Part shown: one piece after another, positions 50,062 through 63,055 of the stretch
How positions within the stretch are numbered: the first letter of the stretch is position 1
Layout: every line of letters begins with the position of its first letter
From: Vairimorpha necatrix
Lineage: Eukaryota
Assembly: GCA_036630325.1 (NCBI GenBank)
Contig: CP142728.1
Coordinates: 1,364,001-1,428,000, forward strand
Direction: 5' to 3'
Length of the DNA stretch: 64,000 nucleotides
Program-made: the position numbers and the translations under genes
The notes under the pieces: generated by a model
Seen by the model: the letters and a program-made list of their open reading frames with translations, nothing else
What the model was told of the DNA's origin: nothing
Databases searched by the model: none

Positions 50062-53000
50062 TGTTAAAGTTGAACCTCCTATTAAATAAATGTATAACAT
50101 GGCAAACACAAAAGATGAAAGGGTAAAAGTGAGACCTGTGTTTAAGAGAAGAGAAAATTACTAAAAGAAGCCCAGAGAGTTGAAGCAATCATCAGAATGC
50201 AGAAAGATGTAAAAGATGTGACAACAAAGCAGTCGATAAAACAAGTAAGTTCCTGAACTTCAGGATTTTATTATTGATAAAAATTTGATCAGTATGATTA
50301 ATTGGAATGATATTATTGATGAAATTGATAAATTAGTTGTTGAAAAGAAAGAGAATAAGAACAAGGAAAAATTAAGGAGTAGAGAACTCGAAGATATGGT
50401 AGAGGTTATGAAAGAAAAATTAAAAAGAAGATTAAAGAATAACTGACTAGGACTGTAGCAGTACCGGGAAGAAACTTTCAATATCAAAGACGAGAAGAAA
50501 ACCATTGTTTTATATGTGGAAGAATTATACATATAGCTAGAGATTGTATGGAGCGTAAAGGAAGACAGGAAGAGAATAATGAAAATAAAAGGGAAAAATA
50601 TTTTGGCATTCGTGATAATAGAAAATTGAAAATATTAAAAGGAAATGATTTTAAATTGAGACTACCAGTGGAGGTAGAAAGAAGAACTCAAGAAACAGTT
50701 TTTATGTAAAAAAAACGAAACAAGATAAAAGGGGTAAATATTAATAAATTAGAAGAAATGAGAGGAAAATTTCCAGAAGTATTAGGAAATGACGAAGAGT
50801 AAATAAAATACTTAACAGGGGGAAAATATTCTATCAAAACAAAACAAGGAGTGAAAGTAGTTATAAAAAGACAAAATATTTCTTATAATTCGAGAAAAGT
50901 TAGAAAAGTATATTAATTTAAAAGAAAGTAGAGGTATTTTCAGAATGACAAAGAGCGAATGGAGAAGCCCAATAAGTACTATAGAAAAACTAAATGGTGA
51001 AGTACAATTTAGAAGCAATTTGATGGCTTTAAACGAACTGGTGCAAAAAGATCCGTATGAATTGTCATTGATTAGAGACATTATTAGGGCAACATAAGGT
51101 TCTATTGTATTTATGGTTATAGAACTAAAGGAAGGATTCTATCATATAGAAATTAAGAAAACTCAAAAGCATAAGAAAGCTTTTGAGATAAATGTTAGAG
51201 TTTACAAAAAGAATAGCATGGTAATGGGATTTAAAAATCTTCCTATTTTATGTAAAAAGTGATGAACGGAGTTTTAGATAAGTTTAGAGGCAAGAGTGTT
51301 GAGGTGTACATGGATGATATTATTATTATTCATGCAAGAGATAGTAATATACACGAAAATTTATTAAAACAAGTAATTCGATTATTTAACGAATGTGGAT
51401 AAAAAAAACTTAAAAAAAATACAATATAAAGGAGAAGTAAAACTACTTGGAGTAACAATTAACGGAGAAGACATTACACCAAATGAAATTTAAAAGCAAG
51501 AGACATTAGAATACAGAAGGCCTAACAAGATGAAAGAGCTTAAGAGATTTGAGGACGTGCAGGCTGGTTAAGAGATTTTATTCCCCATTATGCTTATGTT
51601 TCAGCGCTTCTTACAGAAGCACTAAAAAAAGATGTTAAATGGGAATGGTCCGAACATATGGAAAGAGCTCTTATGGATATCAAAGAGGGTTTAAAGGATG
51701 TGAAAAAATTAAAAATGGTAGATAGTAAAAAAATGTGTAGAGTAAGGACAGATGCATACGATACGGGAACTTGAGCTATACTATTGCAAGAAGACAAAGA
51801 AGGAAGGTGGAATCAGATACAATGGGCATCAAAAATGTTAACAGCAACAGAAAAAAGGTATATGATTAATGAAAAAGTGATGTTGACAGTGTTATTTGGA
51901 ATAAAGAAATTCGAATCCGATTTGAGAGAAGCAAATTTCATTAAATGACAAATCATAAAGAACTGGCTGAGATTAGAAACAAACCGTTTCGCAAAACTAA
52001 CAAAAATAATAGATGGATAAAAAACATACAAGAGTTCGATTTTACTATTGAATATGTAAAAGGAGAATGGATGACGGATGTAGATGCTCTTAGTAGACAA
52101 TTTAAAAATAACAAAGTTATAAAAAAAGCAGCGAAAGATAGAAACGGACTTAAAAACAGATGAAAGGGAGAGAAATAAAGCGCATGGTTAAAAGAGAAGG
52201 TAAAAACTATTTGAAGTTCTCAACAGGAGAAATTAAAGAACTACTACACAAAGAACTAAGAGAGACAGAAATTCCAGAGTTCATGAGGATTTAAATCATC
52301 GAGGAGTGAAAAACTTATTATAAGGAAAAACAAAGACTGTACTGGCAAGGTATTGGACCAGATAACCACAACGCTAAAAAATTGTAAAGTATGTAGCATT
52401 AATAACATAAAAACGACTGGAGATCCAAATTTGTAACAACATTTAAGAAATTAGAAAAAGTAGCTTTAGACGTAATGGATATTGAGGAAAAAGAAAAATA
52501 CGTGCTATTAGGGACTGACTCCTTTACGAGAAGAGTATGGGGCGCAAAGATGGAAAATAAGGGAAATGATGTTATTACGAAAATTTTAGGATAATGGATA
52601 AATGAAGATGGATGCCTAGATGAATATTTCGGATAACGGTAAGGAATTTGTCAGTCAGAAGTTTGTAACTTGGTGTAAAGAAAATGGAATAATGCAATGG
52701 AAAGTATATTTAGAAGCTCATAGGGTTAATTGGAGAATAGAACGATGTATTTGAACAATAAGGGAACCGATGATCAAAAAAAAAGAAGGAAACCCAGAGG
52801 AAAAACTAGAACAAGCTGCAAGAACCTATAATAACACTCTACACACAGCGATTAAATGTACACAAATGGAAGCATGGAAAGAACAAGGAAAAGAAGTCTT
52901 AATTGAAAACAATAAAAAGAATGTGTATGCAAGTAAGTTTAAACAAAAGCATAGAGAAAAATTTGAAGTAGATCAGGCTGTGAGAATCGCAAGATAAAAA

Positions 53001-53233
53001 ACTTGGGTAAATAGATGAAAAGTACAAAAGGAAGATTTACAAGTGTCGGTAAAATATTCGGAAAGTATAGAATGATTCTTATTTTGTAAGGACTGATAGC
53101 GGAAGATACATTAAGAAAGACATTATGACCTAGAATTTTATAAAAATGATAAATTAGAAGCTTGTAACCTGAGACTACCCGTTTGAAGGAGAAATGTTAG
53201 GGTTGAACTTTCCTATTAAATAAATGTATAACA
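50062..53233 (+). mobile_element. Full-length degenerate Ty3/gypsy retrotransposon with 38/39-bp LTRs
   Basis: LTRs TGTTAAAGTTGAACCTCCTATTAAATAAATGTATAACA (50062-50099) and TGTTAGGGTTGAACTTTCCTATTAAATAAATGTATAACA (53195-53233). TSD TATAA. TGG follows the 5' LTR. PPT GAAGGAGAAA. Gag knuckle CFICGRIIHIARDC, RT YMDD (~51307), RNase H RTDA and TNHK, integrase HEDLNHRG/CKVC, DNGKEF and RIER. Confidence 0.95.
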
Positions 53234-53396
53234 TATAATCATTAATCTGAAAAAAAAATAATTGAATAAAAAAAATAGTTAGATAAATTTTTATTAAAAA
53301 TTTTCTTTTTTTATTTATTTTAGTTACATATTGATTTAACTGATAAATTTTTTAAACAAAAGATTGAGGAAGTTTTGAGGGCTAAAAGCTTACGTG

Positions 53397-53446
53397 TTAG
53401 TTAGGTTAGGTAGGTAGGTAGGGTAGGTAGTAGGTTAGGTAGGTGT
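53397..53446 (+). repeat. Degenerate TTAGG/TAGG telomere-like tract
   Basis: TTAGTTAGGTTAGGTAGGTAGGTAGGGTAGGTAGTAGGTTAGGTAGGTG. Confidence 0.7.
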
Positions 53447-54439
53447 ATCTGTTATATTAAAAAATGTAAAGTTTGAAAAAGAGAAAAACTAAACTTTAAT
53501 TTATTTTTGAATTCTAGCCATAAAATTAGAATATGTTGCACCGAAAGCATTATATACCTTTTCTATATTCTTTAAATAGACTATATATCGACTCTTTAAC
53601 ATTAATCAAAAATTTATCTAGAGAAGCCTAATAAAGAATAGAAAGAAACAAATAGTAAGTAAAATCATACAGTAAAATATAATATGACAAGTTTTTCGCA
53701 AATAAATTTTTAATTTTATAATTACGCACTTTTATTCGAACATAAAATGTTATTTGAAAACATTTAAAAAAGAAAAATAAATTAGTAATTTTTTATCCAA
53801 CACATGACAAGAATAATATTTGTTTTGTTTTTCGTCCCATTGAGTCATATACTAAGATCTAAAAGATCTATCAATTTCATAAAAAATTTGTAATATATCA
53901 AAATAAATTTTAAAAGAAAACTTATCGCAAATTGTTTAAAAATTTAGCATTTAGAACTTCATACTATAGGCATAATTTCTCAAAGTCAAAAAATGATGTT
54001 TATACAAAAAGGTTTACAATTAATAATTATTAGAAAATTATCTAGAATTAAAAGCAATTTTTTTAGATTAAAGTTTTCTTCTTAGAAAATGAGTTTAGTT
54101 TTTTATGTAAAAGCTATTTAAATATAAAAATTAATATTTTTTTATTAAAAAATTTCAGTCATACGAAAATAGTAGAATATACAAATTTTAATAATTTAAT
54201 AATAGTATATCAATAAATATACTAAAGAATATAATCATTACGAAAAAAAGAACCTTCTAATATGTTTAATTTGATATCATTAGTCACAATTCAATATTTT
54301 ATAAATGATCAAGCTTATTATCATAAATAAACTAAAATGAAAAATATAGAAAAAGATTAAATATATGGTTTAATAACAGAAATAATTCACTACTTAATCA
54401 CTTGAAACGGTATAGTGACCAAGTTCCACAAATCATATA

Positions 54440-54672
54440 CAACAAGACTTGGAATCCCTAAGAAGGTAGAAGCGTACATCCAGATGATAACGCTAAAGAA
54501 GACGCTAGAAAGCATTCTCTGGACTACCAAATGAGAGGTGACGAAGCCGTTGTGGAAAAGACTTTGGAGCCACAAAGCTATTTACAAACAGGAGACGCTA
54601 ACGCGGAACCTACCCCTGTTAAACTATAAATATAAACTACAATAAGCATACCCTAATTATATTCATTTATTT
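54440..54672 (+). repeat. Dispersed LTR-like repeat family X, copy 2
   Basis: Shares the core with the 41099 and 60778 copies, including CAGGAGACGCTAACGCGGAACCTA and AACTATAAATATAA. Confidence 0.7.
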
Positions 54673-57600
54673 AAAATAAGATGAATATTTATCAAAATAA
54701 TTAGATTAATATAATGAAATTATGAATCAAACGAATTACAAAATATAATTTAATATTATAATAAACGGTAAATATATAAAACAAGACACGGAATAAATTT
54801 AATTAACGTAAAAAATTATGCTTATGATAAAGTATTATTAATAAAGATGAATTTTAGAAAATCAGATTTTGTTATGTATATAACGTTAGAACTATAAAAT
54901 AAAACAGATTCCTAATGAAGGATATTTTAGATCTACCAATAAATTATAATCGATTTGACAAACAAAGCTGTTCTAGTACATCTATCAAATAAATTCTTTA
55001 AACCAAATAATATATTTTATGTAAAATTTACATAATATTTTTAAAATTCAGAGTTAATTAAAAATAAACAACCAAGATACAACGATGATAATACAAACAC
55101 AAATTGATAGAATTTAAAATAACTTATTCTAGTACCACAATTAATCTTTTGATATTATTGACAAGTCTAAATATATTCAAATATTTCGGTTATACATAAA
55201 TCAGATAGAATACTTTTTTTCTATTAAATAACAAATCCCAAATATTAATATATTTAGATCTGCTATAATCCATCTTATCATCAAATAAAACGTAAATATT
55301 AAATAGAATCCTAAAAATATAAATCTTAGGCCCTAAATTATGTTATTTTTTGATTCTACTAATATTTTATCAATATCACATTAAGACTCAACTATTTCGC
55401 AATTAGAAGCAAGTTATCTATATATTATCGCCTTGTTTGTGAATTTAATATTTTTAAAAAATGAATTCGTTACTAAAATATGATCACAAAGATCTTATTT
55501 ATATTTATTAAATTTATTTGATTCAAAATAGAAAAATTATAAAAATTCAATATAATGGTATAAATTATATATAAAGCTGAAGAATATATAATATTCAAAA
55601 ACATAACTTTTTCCAAAAATTTTATTACAACACAAAACAAAAAAAAAACTAGTTACTTACAAAAAGAAATTTATTGATTTATTTAAGCTATCACGAAAAA
55701 TATTAGAAATGTCAACTAAAAGATTTAATAAGTATTATTAGATATATATATATATTGTTATTTTTTAGGTTAATGTGATCATATTAACAAACTATAATTA
55801 AAGTTATATAAAAATTCAAAATTCTACATTTATATTCCTCTTATAAAACCTAATCATTTTTACTTATTATCATGATTGACACACCTCAGGCTTTCCAAAA
55901 TCCTATCAATTATGAATAAGTATTCACGGCTTTACGGTTCTCAGATATAGGTCCATAAAATGATATATCTAAAATATTACATCTTAATAATTTAAAATCT
56001 AAATTAATTATGTTTGCTAAAACTTGTTATTATGATTTTTTTACAATAAAAATTAGTTCAAATTTTTAAAAAGAAGTTTTAATACTTTAATAAGACATAA
56101 GATTTTTGAATTTAATTGTTAACGAAATAGTGTAATGGACTAAATCAATAATGAACATTGTGTAATAAACATAAACCTTACATAAAGAAATTTATAATCA
56201 ATAAATATATTAAGGATAGATAAATATAATATGCTCATGTAATGATAAAATAATATAGACTCCATAATAGTGCTTTAAATATAACTTTAGTATGTGATAA
56301 GCATACAATTGATAATTTATTTTTTTTCCTTAAGATGAAGTTAAAAACAAATATAAAAACCTACGTAGTTAGAATTTGGAGAATTAGTTTTTTGATGATA
56401 TAGGTAAATGACTGCTATAGATAAACATTTTAGATTTAAGATTCTTATTTAATAATTTGATTGATCCAACAAAATTTATAAATAAAAGCAAAATTAATAT
56501 CATATGCTACATTTTATAATTTATTTTTGTTATCCATATAAATTTTTAATAGCAAAAGATATACTACAACTATACCTTTAAATACACCTTACATTCTAGT
56601 TCATGTTACTGTGTATATACCAAGAATCAAAAAGTAGAAGATCTCATTATTTAACTTTATTATATTGAAATTCCGAAAGTTTTCTAATTAAATCATTTAA
56701 AAGACAAATAACAATATAGATACAAGTTATGGGATTTAAAAAAAATAGATTTAATAAAAAAATGTGTTCTAGGAAATAACTAACAATAAATTTATAAAAA
56801 ATGTAATAATAAATTATCCTTCTCATAAATCTAAATTACAAAATAAAATTTTTTTGATTCAGATATAGCTTACATTTATATATTAATAGATAAAATATTT
56901 TACTAATGTTATATATGCTTGTCTTTGCGATCGTTTACTAGAAGTTTAAACAAATTTATAAATTTATCCTATAAAGAGTAATTTCTTTTCATATCGCATT
57001 ACCAAACTAATTCGTTTATAAGTTTTATTATCAAAGAATAGTATTGTAGAACATTTTAAAATTCTTGTATAACACTGGTCTGTATAGATGACACAGTTTA
57101 AAATTTAGCTTGGGTCTATTGCATATATTCTCAAATATTACATTATTTAGATTTTAAATTACGTTTCCTAAATAAATAGTTGTAAACTAGTCGACAGAAC
57201 CTTTGATCATAGATTATATTGCATTGTTTTCATAATATCATAATTTATTAAATACAACGTATGTTTGAATAATATTTATATTAGTTTAATCGAAGCAAGA
57301 ATTTAACTTGTCAAACAATTATGAGTATATTTTATAACTAAGTGATATGATAATATAATAAAAAAAAAGGGATGGAATTTAATTTTGTATATTAAGTCAA
57401 TTTTAGTGTTAACTGAAAAAAACTTTATTGAGAATCGTTTTTCTTGTAGGTTAGGTAAGTATGTTAGGTATTTTTTATTTAGAAAAAGACCAATTCTTAA
57501 CTTAAGAAACAATTTAAGTCCGCAAAACAAAGGGATGAAAGTATTTATTATTTATTTATATTTTTGTATATTTAGATCATTAATTATGGTTTGTTAGCCC

Positions 57601-58101
57601 TTTAAGTTTTTAGATGATCGATGTATGAAGAAGTTGTGCCAAAGAATTAACCATAATTTTTAATAGTGTAAATATAGAAATTCAACCTTTTAAATTGTAC
57701 TTATAAAACAATAATATACTATATACACTATGAAGCCAAATTATTAAAAAAGCTTTTACATAACGTATTTTAACAACAAAGAGAACATACTGTATCGAAA
57801 TATTGGTTAATATATTCAAATCATTGAGGTACTAAGAAAAACAGAACTTATACTCTTTTTAAAAAATCAATTGAAATATATATATGTATATATAAGAAGG
57901 ATAATGAACTTGAAAGAAGAAGAAAATTAACTTTACTTCATAACAAAAAAAATTAACATGTATAGTATATGTATGTAAAGTTAAGAAGTATTGGTTTTCT
58001 AGATGATATTTTTAAGAGAAAAATAATTTCAAATAATTTTTATAGATAAATCACTATAACTTTATAAACATATAAGAAGGAAATAGCAATGTAGTAAAAT
58101 T

Positions 58102-59415
58102 TAGAACATCTTAGACTACATATAAATCTATATTATTGTTATATAAGCAACACTTGAGTATCTTTATTTGATTTTAAAGCATTTAAAAGATTTGTTATTT
58201 TTTCTTCTCCTTCTTGTATATATATATAAATAGACAAATCTTGAAAAATTTGAATAAATTAAGAACTTCTGAAAATGCTTATAAATTCATATTATTGTTA
58301 TATAAGTGACACCTGGGTACTTTAATTGTTTTTAAAGCATTTATGAAATTTGCCATTTTCCATCTCCTTCTTGTATATATGTATATAAGAAGACAAATCT
58401 TGAAAAATATGAAAAAATTAAGAACTTCTGAAAATGCTTATAAATTCATATTATTGTTATATAAGTGACACCTGGGTACTTTAATTGTTTTTAAAGCATT
58501 TATGAAATTTGCCATTTTTCATCTCCTTCTTGTATATATGTATATAAGAAGACAAATCTTGAAAAATATGAAAAAATTAAGAACTTCTGAAAATGCTTAT
58601 AAATTCATATTATTGTTATATAAGTGACACCTGGGTACTTTAAATGTTTTTAAAGCATTTATGAAATTTGCCATTTTTCATCTCCTTCTTGTATATATGT
58701 ATATAAGAAGACAAATCTTGAAAAATATGAAAAAATTAAGAACATCTGGACTACATATAGATTCATATTATTGTTTTACAAGTACTTTTTGTATATCTTT
58801 TTTTTGTTTTTAAAGCATTTATGAAATTTGCCATTTTCCCATCTCCTTCTTGTATATATATATAAGAAGACAAATCTAGAAAAATATTAAAAATATGAAA
58901 AAATTAAGAACATCTAAGACTACATATAAATTCATATTATTGTTTTACAAGTACTTTTTGTATATCTTTTTTTTGTTTTTAAAGCATTTATGAAATTTGC
59001 CATTTTTCCATCTCCTTCTTGTATATATATATAAGAAGACAAATCTAGAAAAATATTAAAAATATGAAAAAATTAAGAACATCTAAGACTACATATAAAT
59101 TCAAATTATTGTTTTACAAGTACTTTTTAACATTCTTTATTTGTTTTTTTAGCATTTATGAAATTTGCCATTTTTCATCTCCTTCTTGTATATATGTATA
59201 TAAGAAGACAAATCTTGAAAAATATGAAAAAATTAAGAACTTCTGAAAATGCTTATAAATTCATATTATTGTTATATAAGTGACACCTGGGTACTTTAAT
59301 TGTTTTTAAAGCATTTATGAAATTTGCCATTTTCCATCTCCTTCTAGTTTACATATATATGAAGACAAATCTTGAAAAATATGAAAAAATTAAGAACAGC
59401 TGAAAATGCATATAA
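58102..59415. repeat. Satellite array, ~159-bp unit, about 8 copies, two subtypes
   Basis: Unit starts (AAGAAC) at ~58102, 58261, 58420, 58579, 58738, 58906, 59075, 59235 and 59392. Confidence 0.95.
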
Positions 59416-60519
59416 TTGTACGGTCTTATGTGATAACAAGGAATGTATTTATATATATGCGCACTTATTAGTTTATATGATTTATTTTTTCTTTAAGTAA
59501 ATCAAAGTATGTTATTATTATGAAGATTTTGAAACAGAATGATTCTAAAAGTTTCTAGTGTAACCGTGGGCGTTTTACGATTTAACATTCTAACATAAAA
59601 ATAAAATTAACAAATGTATACTAATTGATAAAAATTTTTATTATTTAGAGTAAATATTTTAAAAACTCTCTAAAACAATCTATATTTTATTTACAATTAC
59701 ATCTAAATATATATACAAGTCTTTAACTATCAGCAATATTTCTAATTTTTTTGGCTAATAAAGTTTCTATTATATTTGTACATGAGAGAGATAATGAACA
59801 TGAAAAAAGGAGAAATTGACATCTACAAAAAACTAGTAAAAATAAAATATGTATATATGTAAGTAGATTGCAAAGTTTTTTTTTATTCTAATAAAAATGT
59901 TTGTACATACATGATTTAAATTTTTTTAAAGAGTATCTATCTGCATATATATATATATATAGAAGTACAAAATAAAAAACTTAAAAATCAAGAAAAATAT
60001 ATATAAATATTAGTGCAGTGAAATTAATTGTATTGAAATAATAGAACTTTCTATATGGTAACAAATAATATATAAGTATTTTTATGTAATTAAAACATTC
60101 AATTATATAATTATTGCCGGTATCAACACATAGAATTAATAGATTTTGAATTAAACAAATAAGAATATAATTTGTGTATAAATCAATAACAAAGATTTTT
60201 TGAATTTTAAGATGAATTCTTGTTATTGGAATACATTAGGTACATTAGAAAGAATATAATCGTGGATAAAAAAAACCAATACCTCATTGGAGAACAATAC
60301 TGTATAAAAATACGACACTTTAATATAATATAAAACGAAATTTAAATATCATGAAGATTTTATATTTTATTTATTTAATACGAGAGAGCGATTATATAAA
60401 TGTATCGAGAATAAACACAATTTCTGTTAAGAATAATAGCAAAATCTCATAAGTACGTATGTATGAATTTAACATTGAAATTATCTAAAAATTATAATTT
60501 TTATACAAAAATGTAGATA

Positions 60520-60645
60520 TTATCGTAGCCAATCAAATACTGATCAATCATATTCTTACAAAGTGGCAGAATTAATTGGCTACAAAAAGTATTTAAAAAA
60601 ATTTCCAAAAGAAGGCATAGAAAAGCAGAATAAAGAAATTGACAT
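60520..60645 (+). repeat. Dispersed repeat, copy 2 of 17885-18008
   Basis: TTGGCTACAAAAAGTATTTA is identical and the flanks are collinear. Confidence 0.65.
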
Positions 60646-60777
60646 ATTTCAAATAAATAACATCTTACAAAATCAAGATACTTATATTATATAATTATAT
60701 ATAATTTTTTTGCATAATTTAATGAGAACTTCTAAAAAAAAAAACTTGAATAAGAATTGTCATATTTATAAAAAATA

Positions 60778-60995
60778 TGTTATGTCTAAATAACATCCAG
60801 ATGATCACGCTAAAAAGCATTTCTCTGGACTAATGAAGGAGAGAATACGAAGCTGATGTGGAAAAACTATGAAGATAAGAAGCAACCTACAAGCAGGAGA
60901 CGCTAACGCGAACCTATCCTTGTTAAACTATAAATATAAGTTACAATAAGCATATCCTAATTAGATTCATTTATTTTTATGTCGAAATATAACTA
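60778..60995 (+). repeat. Dispersed LTR-like repeat family X, copy 3
   Basis: ACATCCAGATGAT...CTCTGGACTA...CAGGAGACGCTAACGCG.ACCTA...TGTTAAACTATAAATATAA...ATTCATTTATTT. Confidence 0.7.
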
Positions 60996-63055
60996 TATTT
61001 CAACGATATCTTATTGTACCATAACATAGAATTTCGCGACCCAATATAGGATATAAAATTAGTTATAACATCTTGATCTTAAGATATCTCATGATTTTAC
61101 GAGATCAAAATTACTTTTAATAAAGGATAGTTTTTGAAAAACTTACTTTCAATATATGATAATATTGGCAAACCTGTTCAGGAGATGAGTAGACCACCTG
61201 AAATTAAAACGAAATATATATAAATATATCTGATTGTTATGTTAGTATCTTTCTATTAGAGAAAATATTTTACATCTGATCGTATAATATTTACTCGTTA
61301 AATCAGTAGTAAATCAAAAAAAAGTAAAAAGGATTCAACATTTTGAACTGATATTTTTTGTATATATTTTATATAGAAACCTCATTAATAACAATTTCTA
61401 TTGTATATATAAAATACTTTTTTGTTTAATATTTTGTTTTCGATATTTCTAAAATTTTATCCTTATACATCTGTTTTAAATTAATAGCAAATTGAGAATT
61501 AGGGATATTTATGCATACTTCTTAATTAAAAATATTCATTGTTAATCGTATAGTGTTATAACACTTAATATGATATCGTTTTAAATTTTATCATTTATTT
61601 ATATCAGTATATGGAAGGGACACATAAAATATTAAGCATTTTAAAAGTTTTCATAAATTATCTTTTTAAATTCTTATAATCATTAATTAAATACTAGAAT
61701 AATCATCAAAATATTCTTGTTTTTACATATCACACAATTCAATGTTATGTATCAAATTCATCAGACTGATGTTCTATGAATAATATTAGTAAGTAGGATT
61801 ATTAAAATACTCGAAATGTCTAAAATTGCACCTTTATTCTACGTAAAACTGTTTCTAAATAGTCTAATATTTATAATTTGATCTTAATTCTAATATCCCT
61901 TTTAATAATTGAATTATTTATTCAGATAATGCTAAACTTATATCTATAGAAGTTTTCGCATACATTCATCACAATGATTATGTAATAATCATACTTATGT
62001 TTGATTGGCAATAATTAGGTATAAATGCGATTATTAAAATCATTATTTTCTACGGACTAAAAATATATGACCGGAGAAACCTTATGTTTATCAATAGATT
62101 ATATGACTAAATTTAGTAAAGCACATGTAGCGGAAGAGCTTTTTTATAATTATAGTAAAAAGCTGCGATTACAATTCTTGTGACAGCCCGTGTTTTTTCA
62201 CTGTTAATGTAATTTTTTTTTACTTTATGCTCATGATCTTATTTATCAGCTAATGATTTTTATACAATTTAATACTTCGGAAATTTGAGTATACATCTGT
62301 ATTCCAACTTTTCAACTTCTCGCGACACGTGGGATGCGCAAGCGCTATAAGGTCTTGTCCATTGAAGTTGGTATAACTAACGGTACTCAAATTTCTGAAG
62401 TATATAATTCGTATAATAATCATTTGTTGATAGAAGATCATGAGCATAAACTATAGAGATTATTACACTATCAGACAAAAAATTGACTGTCTTGTGATGT
62501 GATATTGTATAATACTCTATTTATAGTAGTATTAATTTCACAAAACTTCATTGTCATTCCAAACTTGTCTTATCTCTTTATTGCACCAATCCAATCTTTG
62601 ATTTCTCATTGCCCATAAACAAAAAAATTTTATTTAATATTTTAGGAGGGAAATTTAAAATAAACAAAAATTTAAAAGAGCGTAGATTTTGAATTTAAAG
62701 GATTTAATAGCAAAAATAAAACAAATTTTTGTTATAAATTAATTAAAAATATACAATCAAAAACTAAACAAATATGTTAATTACTCTTTATTCAATGATC
62801 TTTATTTGAAATTTATTATTAATTTTTCTTTGTCTATAGAGTAACAACTCAATTAAAAAGATGACCAGATAATATTTTTTGAAATTTAATACGGCCTTTA
62901 AATTTTTTAAATTCTCTGGCATTTTTGAAGAAATTCAAAATTTAATTAAATTTTTTCTAAAAATCAATCGTAATGTCAAACTAAAATATTTTTTCCATAA
63001 TAATAGTTACAGTTGTAAAATTTTAAGAGTTTAGGAATTCATTATTTCGGCTGAA

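Noticed and set aside
58102-59415. CRISPR-like array or coding repeat (ORF 59064-59246)
   Set aside because: Whole units repeat with no unique spacers, no cas genes are present, the context is eukaryotic and frames are not maintained.
62150-62660. Possible decayed minus-strand gene downstream of a CCC motif at ~62650
   Set aside because: No intact start, several stops and no identifiable domain.
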